46,112 bases of DNA, taken from the IMG/VR virus record IMGVR_UViG_3300022309_000010, positions 1 through 46,112 of that record; one strand, 5' to 3'. Below the pieces are notes generated by a model. It saw nothing but the letters and a program-made list of their open reading frames with translations, searched no databases and was not told the DNA's origin. This document shows positions 8,855 through 15,990 of the stretch, piece after piece (positions within the stretch are counted from its first letter, which is position 1; every line of letters begins with the position of its first letter). This DNA is from a virus (lineage: Duplodnaviria > Caudoviricetes). Position numbers and translations under genes: made by a program.

Positions 8855-8882
8855 ATATAACAACAGCTTGCACGCGGACAGT
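8855..8882 (+). mobile_element. truncated attC (left arm only)
   Basis: ATATAAC-5nt-CTTGCACGCGGAC; AAATATAAC complements GTTATATTT at 8582; no right arm or GTT before 8996. Confidence 0.65.
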
Positions 8883-8995
8883 CTCCGCAACAGCTACCGC
8901 GATAACAGCAATATTAGTGCACCTAGATTGCTGATGATTACTATTAATAGGGCGCAAATATATGCAGATTCATTATTCAAGTCGAACATCAAAAT

Positions 8996-9112
8996 GCCTA
9001 ACCATCGCATTGATTGGGACAATTGCTACGGCGCTTCGTCCGAAACAAATTTATTAAACGTGGGGCTAGATGGGCTTTCCACCGCAATTGCCCATCATGC
9101 AAAGCGTTATAC
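8996..9112 (+). mobile_element. integron attC site (117 bp)
   Basis: GCCTAAC-5nt-CAT[T]GAT[T]GGG[A]CAATTGC...GCAATTG CCC ATC ATG-6nt-GTTATAC. Confidence 0.9.
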
Positions 9113-9113
9113 G

Positions 9114-9269
9114 TCAGTTTAGCTCTACGTTATTTTCGCGCTCGCTAGATACAATAGCCTCCAATTTGCGCATAATATTTTCGAGGTCTCCAGCTGGCAC
9201 ATAATTAATCTCCCGGTCTTTTATTTCCCACTTTAACTCCTCAATTAATGCTTCTATTTTGCTTAACAT
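9114..9269 (-). CDS. 51-aa hypothetical protein in a cassette (below the ORF-track cutoff)
   Basis: MLSKIEALIEELKWEIKDRE...VELN*; GGAG RBS. Confidence 0.65.
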   Translation of the reverse strand: MLSKIEALIEELKWEIKDREINYVPAGDLENIMRKLEAIVSSERENNVELN

Positions 9270-9284
9270 ACAGCATCTCCATTA

Positions 9285-9304
9285 ACGTATAATTACTGTT
9301 AGGC
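9285..9304 (+). mobile_element. collapsed attC-like mini-site at the right edge of the array
   Basis: ACGTATAA (complement of TTATACGT at 9107)-TTACT-GTTAGGC. Confidence 0.7.
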
Positions 9305-9523
9305 GTCAATCTCGCGCACTGTAATTTCATATTTAGGCTTGCCGTTACACATAACTATTACAGGCTCGCCATTGGCTATAACATGCTCACATACCGCCCC
9401 GCATGCCTTGCCTGTCACATCCAGTTTATTGGCGCTCCATGTCATGCCGTCTTTCAGTACGTTACCGGCAAATATGCGGTTAGTCAGTGGGCTTGTCCCA
9501 ATGTGGAAATTTGATGTTTTCAT
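9299..9523 (-). CDS. phage hypothetical protein
   Basis: HIGTSPLTNRIFAG...DVT motif; stop codon inside GTTA. Confidence 0.75.
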   Translation of the reverse strand: MKTSNFHIGTSPLTNRIFAGNVLKDGMTWSANKLDVTGKACGAVCEHVIANGEPVIVMCNGKPKYEITVREIDA

Positions 9524-9819
9524 TACCTATCCTTTCTAAAATTCGTATAGCTAATTTTCATTTGTTCTCTCTCCGTTTCAAGTTTTCTAATCGGCGGGCC
9601 GGCTTCCGCTGGCCGGTCTTTGATCCACTGATCAGGAGCGGCAAGATATTTAGGTTCTCCGTCTTCAAAAAGAGAAAGTGCGAAAATCATCCCATTTGCC
9701 ATGCCGTGCATATATGGATCATAGTTCCAATTGCCGTCGCTGCATTGAATATCTATCATTTTTCGCAGCGACTTTACTGATTCCTGCAATTTGGTGGCAG
9801 TTGATTTATCAGTCATCAT
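9523..9819 (-). CDS. phage hypothetical protein
   Basis: IQCSDGNWNYDPYMHGMANG; GAGG RBS. Confidence 0.75.
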   Translation of the reverse strand: MMTDKSTATKLQESVKSLRKMIDIQCSDGNWNYDPYMHGMANGMIFALSLFEDGEPKYLAAPDQWIKDRPAEAGPPIRKLETEREQMKISYTNFRKDR

Positions 9820-10012
9820 ATTCCTCCCCGAGCGCTTCACGCGGCCCCCACGGGCCTTTTGCGCCGCTCCACTCTTGCGCACCTACTGACGCTAGCATCA
9901 AAGCGCGATACGGACGATGCACCCACACAGTGCGCTCAGTGAGTGCTTTGGAAACAAGATCCCCAAGCCAAAACAGCGACCACGACACAATCCAGCCAAT
10001 TGCTTTTTTCAT
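9809..10012 (-). CDS. hypothetical protein
   Basis: packed in the operon. Confidence 0.55.
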   Translation of the reverse strand: MKKAIGWIVSWSLFWLGDLVSKALTERTVWVHRPYRALMLASVGAQEWSGAKGPWGPREALGEEYDD

Positions 10013-10015
10013 TAA

Positions 10016-11086
10016 CTAAATTCTCATCGGCATAATAACGTGACAATCATTCCCACCGCTAGCCGGGATCAATATCGGGCGGTTATTATCTCCAGTGATT
10101 CCGATTTGTATAATATCATCGTCGATGGAATTTATGGCATCGCTCAAATAATGATGATTGATACCGACCTCAAAAACAATATTCGATCCGCCATCGTCAA
10201 ACGCAATACAGTCCACCGCGCTTTCGTTCAAATTGTTGTTGGATTTTATTTCCAACTCGCCTTTGCTAAACGACAACATAGCGCCGCTGAATTTATCAGT
10301 TGTAATCGACGAAACTCGATTTATGGCCGATTTTAACTCGCCCAGGTTAACCGCCACATATTGCAAATTGGTCGGCACTATCGCTGCGTAGTTCGGGTAT
10401 TTGCCGTCTATCAACATGGCCGTTACTCGCACATTGCCGGATGTAAATGTGGCAAGGTTTGCGCTTGATGTTAGTTTAATTTCGGTTGACTGCAACACCG
10501 ATAGCTTGCGAATGGTTTTTTTCGGCAAAATGAAACCTTCTTTCGTGTTTACTTTCGGCCTATCAATCTTGATTCCGCAATACGCTAACCGGTGGCCATC
10601 GGTTGCAACAATTCGATTCTGTACGATGTCGAAAAACGCTCCGTTTAAATAGTGCCTTACGTCATTATCGGCAACGGCATATTCAATCGTGCGAATCGCT
10701 TTCGCCAGCTCCGTACCGTCGATAACGTATTCATCACCCGCAGCGACCGGCATCAAAGGAAAATCATCGGCGGACATTTTTTCCAGCTTGAATCGTGAGC
10801 GGCCATATTTAACCGTTAGTTTTTCCGCATTATCAATAACAACATCGGAGTTATCCGGCGCGTTTTTCAAAACAGAATCCAGCTTTTCAAGATTAACGCA
10901 AAACCTTTCCGCGTCGCCTTCGTAGTGTGTAGATATTTCTATTTCCGCTGTTCCATCGGACGCAAGTATTTTCAGCTTGTTGTTGCCAGTCGTGATCATT
11001 GCGTTACTGTAAACTGCGTCTTTACGGTTAGATGCTGATTTAACCGCTGAAATTACAGAGTAGAAAATTTCTTTTTTGATTATCAT
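10016..11086 (-). CDS. dnaN: DNA polymerase III beta sliding clamp
   Basis: 356 aa; DVRHYLNG, VATDGHRLA, LIDGKYPNY, C-terminal VIMPMRI. Confidence 0.93.
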   Translation of the reverse strand: MIIKKEIFYSVISAVKSASNRKDAVYSNAMITTGNNKLKILASDGTAEIEISTHYEGDAERFCVNLEKLDSVLKNAPDNSDVVIDNAEKLTVKYGRSRFKLEKMSADDFPLMPVAAGDEYVIDGTELAKAIRTIEYAVADNDVRHYLNGAFFDIVQNRIVATDGHRLAYCGIKIDRPKVNTKEGFILPKKTIRKLSVLQSTEIKLTSSANLATFTSGNVRVTAMLIDGKYPNYAAIVPTNLQYVAVNLGELKSAINRVSSITTDKFSGAMLSFSKGELEIKSNNNLNESAVDCIAFDDGGSNIVFEVGINHHYLSDAINSIDDDIIQIGITGDNNRPILIPASGGNDCHVIMPMRI

Positions 11087-11136
11087 TTAATTCCCCTTTT
11101 GCATAAAAAATCTGAATCAAGCCTTATTTTTTGACG

Positions 11137-11607
11137 CTAGATCGACCGCCCATTATTTAACCTAAACGCCCCCTTGCTGGCCAAGATCCACCCAAAATAC
11201 GCAGCCGATCTTGTATCGGGGTTGCTCCTTTTGGTCCAGCCGGTCACCCGCTCAAACATGGCGCCATTGTTTTTCCAATCTGAGCGGCTTGGGCGCGACT
11301 TTGTGACACCATAGCCTAATCTGGCCAACATCCTTTCCAGTTCAACCTGGGCTTGCTGGCAGCGTCCTATGTGTATCCCCACCTTGCTTTGCGCCTCCTT
11401 CCCCGCTTGTCGATTTTTGGCGTATATCGTGTTTGTTGCTAGTGTATCCTCAATCGAAAATATCACGCCACTTTTATCACTCACATTTTCATTCAGCCAA
11501 TCGAACAGCTCGAACAATTGAAAACTATGAAGCGCAACAAGTTTTTCATTTTCAAATATCGCTATGCCATGCGCCTTGGAATCAGGATCAACGCCGATGA
11601 CTATCAT
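11137..11607 (-). CDS. RuvC-like (RNase H fold) nuclease, Holliday junction resolvase candidate
   Basis: VIGVDPD...GIAI at the N-terminus; IED; D.RSA at the C-terminus. Confidence 0.7.
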   Translation of the reverse strand: MIVIGVDPDSKAHGIAIFENEKLVALHSFQLFELFDWLNENVSDKSGVIFSIEDTLATNTIYAKNRQAGKEAQSKVGIHIGRCQQAQVELERMLARLGYGVTKSRPSRSDWKNNGAMFERVTGWTKRSNPDTRSAAYFGWILASKGAFRLNNGRSI

Positions 11608-11795
11608 TTAGCTTTAGTCGGCTGTTTTTTGTTGATCGTCGGGACGTAAGGATTAATTTTTGCATAATCGTTTGTAGCCATTCCAAACGGTACGACCGTA
11701 ACTTTTGAATCGTCATAATCGCTAGTTTTGTTCATTGTTTCGAGTGGTAGCGCTTCTTTGTTGTGTCGCACGGCTCTTAGGTCTAGTCTGTTCAT
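11604..11795 (-). CDS. hypothetical protein
   Basis: overlapping start/stop with neighbours. Confidence 0.6.
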   Translation of the reverse strand: MNRLDLRAVRHNKEALPLETMNKTSDYDDSKVTVVPFGMATNDYAKINPYVPTINKKQPTKAK

Positions 11796-12040
11796 TATTC
11801 CCCCTTCTTCAATTTGTTCACTTCGGCCATTCTCGAGACAAGTTCATTGACTCGCTCTTGTGACTTAGCCGCCATTTCTGTTTTACGCAATTCCCAAGCA
11901 GGGCGTCCTTCTTTCCTGAATATCACTATCCACGCACGCGCTTCACAATCAAGAAGCCATTCAGGGCAGTAAGAGCACCGATTGCCTTGCGTCGTTAGCT
12001 TGCTTTTTTCTTTGTCGCAATGGTCGCAGGTGTCGGGCAC
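11795..12040 (-). CDS. hypothetical protein with two CxxC motifs
   Basis: CDHC...CSYC. Confidence 0.6.
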   Translation of the reverse strand: MPDTCDHCDKEKSKLTTQGNRCSYCPEWLLDCEARAWIVIFRKEGRPAWELRKTEMAAKSQERVNELVSRMAEVNKLKKGE

Positions 12041-12339
12041 TCTATAAACTCACTTATCACCCCGGAAAACATCGTCATCATTGTATAATATTGCCGGTGG
12101 TCAAATACAAAAATGAAATCGCTTGTGCAATCAGGGCGATCTAGTCGAACGCACATTTCCACCGCGCATATTTCCATTACCTCATGGCACAAGATGGAAA
12201 AAACCATGTCTTCGCACTTGGTGCCTATGGTTATCAACATTTCCGAATAAGCAAACGACCCGCCCCACGAATCAGGGTTCCACTCTATCTTAAATTCGCG
12301 GCCATTTATTTTGACTTTATCCAATCGTTTTATTTTCAT
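11995..12339 (-). CDS. hypothetical protein, metallopeptidase-like HExxE motif
   Basis: ILCHEVME. Confidence 0.55.
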   Translation of the reverse strand: MKIKRLDKVKINGREFKIEWNPDSWGGSFAYSEMLITIGTKCEDMVFSILCHEVMEICAVEMCVRLDRPDCTSDFIFVFDHRQYYTMMTMFSGVISEFIECPTPATIATKKKAS

Positions 12340-12340
12340 T

Positions 12341-12724
12341 TTAGTGAAGGCCCATGTCTTGTGGTTTCTTTGTGGCTGGCGGGCCAATAGGTCGATCCTT
12401 GCTGCCTACCAGCGGCATTTTAAGCCATTCGCCGCTAACTATCGCAGCAATTATTTTATCAAGCGCTTTAATCATTTCCGGCGTCATGTTATCCGCTTTC
12501 ATGCCCGGCATAATATCAGCCAGCATTTTTGACTGTTCGCGCCATTCAATTTTAATTTCATTGACCTTGAGCGAACTTCTTAGCCAATTGTCGTTAACCC
12601 AATAATACACTTTGCCATCTGATATTTTATACATCAACCCTTTAATTTTAATAAAGGCATTGGCTGCTATCACTTCCGCAGCGGCTTTCTTTTGCAGTCG
12701 CATATCCATATCGCACATGATCAA
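12341..12724 (-). CDS. hypothetical protein
   Basis: GGAGG RBS; operon packing. Confidence 0.65.
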   Translation of the reverse strand: MIMCDMDMRLQKKAAAEVIAANAFIKIKGLMYKISDGKVYYWVNDNWLRSSLKVNEIKIEWREQSKMLADIMPGMKADNMTPEMIKALDKIIAAIVSGEWLKMPLVGSKDRPIGPPATKKPQDMGLH

Positions 12725-12900
12725 ACGGCCTCCAGGTTTTCATCTTCGTATGAGTAAATAGGCAACGGCGAGCAATCTTCACACAACGAAGCGCCAGGAT
12801 ATTTTATCTGCCACCTTGATGATATTAACATTCCGCACTTCATGCAGCAGTCCAATGCGGTGATCCCATTACACTCTTGCTCTTGTAGTTCTTCGTTCAT
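12721..12900 (-). CDS. small zinc-finger-like protein
   Basis: CMKC...CEDC; ATG at 12900 after a G-rich RBS. Confidence 0.55.
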   Translation of the reverse strand: MNEELQEQECNGITALDCCMKCGMLISSRWQIKYPGASLCEDCSPLPIYSYEDENLEAV

Positions 12901-12947
12901 TTCCCCTTCCCCCTTGTGTGTTGTTGTTAAACTTCGCTTATACGACA

Positions 12948-13145
12948 TCACCCTTCATAATCAAGCCAGACAGTAACTATCGATGCTGGATAAATAAAAA
13001 CGCCAATGCCGTGTACCACTTCGCATTTATAGTTATTGCTTGGCTCAAAATCACATTCAATAAATTTAACGGCATTGACTACCCACGGCGCGGCGAGCAA
13101 AACAAAAACTAGCGCGATTGATAGCAATAAGTTTTGTGTGCTCAT
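12948..13145 (-). CDS. small membrane protein
   Basis: N-terminal TM helix; CDFE...CEVVHGIG. Confidence 0.65.
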   Translation of the reverse strand: MSTQNLLLSIALVFVLLAAPWVVNAVKFIECDFEPSNNYKCEVVHGIGVFIYPASIVTVWLDYEG

Positions 13146-13747
13146 AATACTTTTTTAACCCCTCTTATAAAGTCGTCCATGGCATATTTAAAACCAGAAA
13201 ACATATCTTCAGCCGCACCGTCGTATGCTATTTTCCAGCTTGATATAATATATTTCTGTATATCTTTGGCGGTGTCGTTTATTGTCGTTGACTCGCCGTG
13301 GAATTTAATCAAAAGATGGTCGCCATCTTTTTTCGGCAAAACTCCAAACTCTTTTATTCTGTCGCGGTCTCCGTTGATAAGACTGACAACCGCCAACACT
13401 ACATCTTTAGCCGTGACAGCAAACGCGGCAGCTGCGCTCGCATAGACCAAAATTGCATCGTCAGAATGATCCATGTTTTCTGTCTCCAATATTTGAATGG
13501 CTTCTTTCAGCTTGAACGATTCATCATTCATCGCACGCGAAAACCAATCAGGATTATTCACAACCGGCGCAGCCTGCTTGCGTTCTTCGAGTATGCGCTT
13601 GTAAATGTCGCCTTTGTAAATCGGAACACTTCGTGGCGCGTCTATGCCAATGTTAACCGTGTCGGCTTCACCAAAGCCGGTTACACGAATAACAATGTCA
13701 TCACCTATGTGAATTGTTCCGTTTTTTCTCAGTGGTAAAATCAGCAT
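13142..13747 (-). CDS. CsrA/RsmA-like domain fused to a tape-measure-like domain
   Basis: aa 1-55 follow the CsrA pattern (MLIL...IGDDI.I.V...V.IGIDAPRSVPI...IY.RI); aa 82-186 align without gaps to tape-measure aa 112-216. Confidence 0.85.
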   Translation of the reverse strand: MLILPLRKNGTIHIGDDIVIRVTGFGEADTVNIGIDAPRSVPIYKGDIYKRILEERKQAAPVVNNPDWFSRAMNDESFKLKEAIQILETENMDHSDDAILVYASAAAAFAVTAKDVVLAVVSLINGDRDRIKEFGVLPKKDGDHLLIKFHGESTTINDTAKDIQKYIISSWKIAYDGAAEDMFSGFKYAMDDFIRGVKKVL

Positions 13748-13758
13748 TTTCTATCCCC

Positions 13759-13787
13759 ATGTTGTACATTAAAAAAGTGTACAACAT
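13759..13787. repeat. inverted repeat with 10-bp arms upstream of the csrA-like gene
   Basis: ATGTTGTACA-9nt-TGTACAACAT. Confidence 0.6.
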
Positions 13788-13805
13788 TATTCTGTTTTTT
13801 GCATA

Positions 13806-14000
13806 TCAAAAAATAACAATCTTCCGATAATTGTCGAAAGAAATGCTGCTGCCTGTTTCATTTTTTGTCGTAGTCGATAGCTTTTCGTGACCACATTTCA
13901 GACATCGGTGGCCAGATTTAAATGGCCCATGAAAAGTATCGACACTTTTAGCTCCACATTTTGAGCAAACAAATATTGGAGCTGTTGCGTAATGAGGCAT
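13806..14000 (-). CDS. small zinc-ribbon protein
   Basis: CSKC...CLKC. Confidence 0.6.
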   Translation of the reverse strand: MPHYATAPIFVCSKCGAKSVDTFHGPFKSGHRCLKCGHEKLSTTTKNETGSSISFDNYRKIVIF

Positions 14001-14016
14001 AGTGAGACGGCAATGC

Positions 14017-14415
14017 TCAATCTTGTTCCGACTGGAATTCCATCCAGTTATGCCAGAATTCTTTCTTTGCTTTTGCATAGTCCCATAGTTGCCGACCATC
14101 TGTTGGTCCATCAACATAAGGCCCTGTTTCATCGCTAAACCGGTTCTTTGTGCGTAGCGCAGATAAGATGCAAGCCGGACAGTTATTCGCAGATTTGCGC
14201 ATAGCTTCAAACCCTTCAGTATCTAAAATTCGCACAAGTTCATCGCGAGTCGGCGACCATTCTGCCAGCTTGGCATTTACCATCATTCTGCACATGCCGC
14301 ACACTCGATTAGGATTTAGTGTGCATCCAGATTCATGTCGTTTCATTGCGCTAGGGCTTCCATTCCCCTTGCTGCAATAATCGCAATAATATCGCGGCCT
14401 CATTGCAGTTCTCAT
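14017..14415 (-). CDS. Cys-rich phage hypothetical protein
   Basis: YYCDYC...HE.GC..NP.R.C..C...CPAC. Confidence 0.75.
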   Translation of the reverse strand: MRTAMRPRYYCDYCSKGNGSPSAMKRHESGCTLNPNRVCGMCRMMVNAKLAEWSPTRDELVRILDTEGFEAMRKSANNCPACILSALRTKNRFSDETGPYVDGPTDGRQLWDYAKAKKEFWHNWMEFQSEQD

Positions 14416-14615
14416 AAAACCTCCTCTGTATTTTTAGTAGATTCTGGCGTACACTTTTCCCGTATAAATTCTTGACCAACAGATACCAGAACGCCAGCAC
14501 GGTCAGGGTGCCGCCACAGGTTCCATGCAATTCTCAGAGCTTCCCAAGGGTTGCACGGGTTCATTAAATACCATCCCGACTTGCCCTGCACGATCAATTT
14601 CCTATATCTCGCCAT
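14412..14615 (-). CDS. hypothetical protein
   Basis: AGGAG RBS. Confidence 0.6.
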   Translation of the reverse strand: MARYRKLIVQGKSGWYLMNPCNPWEALRIAWNLWRHPDRAGVLVSVGQEFIREKCTPESTKNTEEVL

Positions 14616-14631
14616 GATCCATCTCCTAATA

Positions 14632-15024
14632 TCAACCGATATGTCTCGGAATAACCCCGTAAGCCAAGCAACCAAACCTGCTATCTACATCCATATCATC
14701 TTTCCGCATTAATCCCGTTTCCCCGTCAATGCTATCAGTTTCAAATTCATCTTTCAAAAAAGGGAACAGCCACAGCGGGATGAGCATCATTGGGTTATCG
14801 TCTTCCCATCGTTCAAAGCCAAGCTCCCGCATTTGATCCGCTGACATATCGCACGGGTCGATATTAAGCAAGTCTTTTCCTTTTTCGCTAGCGGCCAACT
14901 TCTCTGGGAGTTTGCGGATATTTTCCGATGAAAAATCATTTTCCCAGCTCTGATACACCATAATCTCAGCAGCACGGTTAACAATGATCTTGCGTAGCCT
15001 TACGCATTTTTCATATGTGTTCAT
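14632..15024 (-). CDS. phage hypothetical protein
   Basis: LGF.RW...LIPLW...D.D.RFGCLAYG; AGGA RBS. Confidence 0.75.
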   Translation of the reverse strand: MNTYEKCVRLRKIIVNRAAEIMVYQSWENDFSSENIRKLPEKLAASEKGKDLLNIDPCDMSADQMRELGFERWEDDNPMMLIPLWLFPFLKDEFETDSIDGETGLMRKDDMDVDSRFGCLAYGVIPRHIG

Positions 15025-15049
15025 TTCTATATCCTTTGTTTTGTCAATA

Positions 15050-15478
15050 TCAGAACGGAATATCATCGTCAAAATCAGGCGCACCACTCGAAGCGTTTGG
15101 AGCACTAGCCGCAGGATGTTGCGAAGGAGACGATTGGCCGCTTGGCTTGCCGTCGAGCATTTGAATTTCACTCGCAACAATTTGCGTAGTGTAGCGGTCT
15201 TGGTCGTTTTTGTCTTTCCATTTTTGCTCGACATATTTTCCGCTCACAAAAACCTTGGACCCCTTTTTACAATACTGCGCGATAATTTCGCCCAGCTTGC
15301 CAAACGCGACAACTCTAACCCAATTCGTGCGTTCGACTTTATTGCCCGACTTGTCTTTGTAGTCATCGCCGCAGCCAATCGAAAAACTAACCACCGATTC
15401 ACCGCTCGGCATGTACTTGGTTTCAGGGTCTTTGCCCATTCGTCCGATAAAATTACATTGGTTTAAATCTTTGGCCAT
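15050..15478 (-). CDS. ssb: single-stranded DNA-binding protein
   Basis: LN...IGR.GKDPE, KKGSKVFVSG, acidic tail DFDDDIPF. Confidence 0.96.
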   Translation of the reverse strand: MAKDLNQCNFIGRMGKDPETKYMPSGESVVSFSIGCGDDYKDKSGNKVERTNWVRVVAFGKLGEIIAQYCKKGSKVFVSGKYVEQKWKDKNDQDRYTTQIVASEIQMLDGKPSGQSSPSQHPAASAPNASSGAPDFDDDIPF

Positions 15479-15536
15479 TTTTTATTGGTCCTTTGCTAAG
15501 TTTATTCGTCATGCTTATTTGTGTCTCGTCCAATAT

Positions 15537-15737
15537 TCAACGCATTGCGCTGTACTTGCTTCTTGTTTCGCAGCCTAGAACTAATGATTTCCCGCCGACG
15601 CTAGTTGCCCAGCTAAATGATATATCTGTTATCTGTAAATTATGGTCATCACTAATATCCTGCAAAACTTTAATAAGTTCTTTTTGTAGCACAGATTCGA
15701 CACTTACCTTAACCGTTAAATTTTCTAAGCTAGCCAT
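15537..15737 (-). CDS. hypothetical protein
   Basis: AAGGAG RBS. Confidence 0.7.
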   Translation of the reverse strand: MASLENLTVKVSVESVLQKELIKVLQDISDDHNLQITDISFSWATSVGGKSLVLGCETRSKYSAMR

Positions 15738-15751
15738 TTTTTCTTGCTCCT

Positions 15752-15973
15752 TTATATCAAATTGTTCACGATCTGAGCTATCTTGCCTATGTCCAGTTGA
15801 TCAACTTTTTGTTCATATATCTGAGTTTCACGAACAACGGTTTTTTCTATCTCGGGAGTATACCCGTATGCAGAATCGGGAGCGGCGGAAATTTTCGCCC
15901 ACTCTTTCCCTGACTTTTCGACAGTCCGAACAACCGCTTTTACTGTTACAATGTAACTAATTGCGTCTTTCAT
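15752..15973 (-). CDS. hypothetical protein flanked by 19-bp direct repeats
   Basis: AAGGAG RBS; CATTTTTTCTTGCTCCTTT at 15735 and 15971. Confidence 0.7.
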   Translation of the reverse strand: MKDAISYIVTVKAVVRTVEKSGKEWAKISAAPDSAYGYTPEIEKTVVRETQIYEQKVDQLDIGKIAQIVNNLI

Positions 15974-15990
15974 TTTTTCTTGCTCCTTTT

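Noticed and set aside
8685-9122. 145-aa + strand ORF crossing the attC region
   Set aside because: It is antisense to a better-supported gene, has no clear RBS and runs through two attC elements.
6568-9304. CRISPR array or set of rho-independent terminators
   Set aside because: The elements differ in sequence and length, are separated by whole genes and lack U-tracts. Their AAC/GTT cores and bulges fit attC instead.
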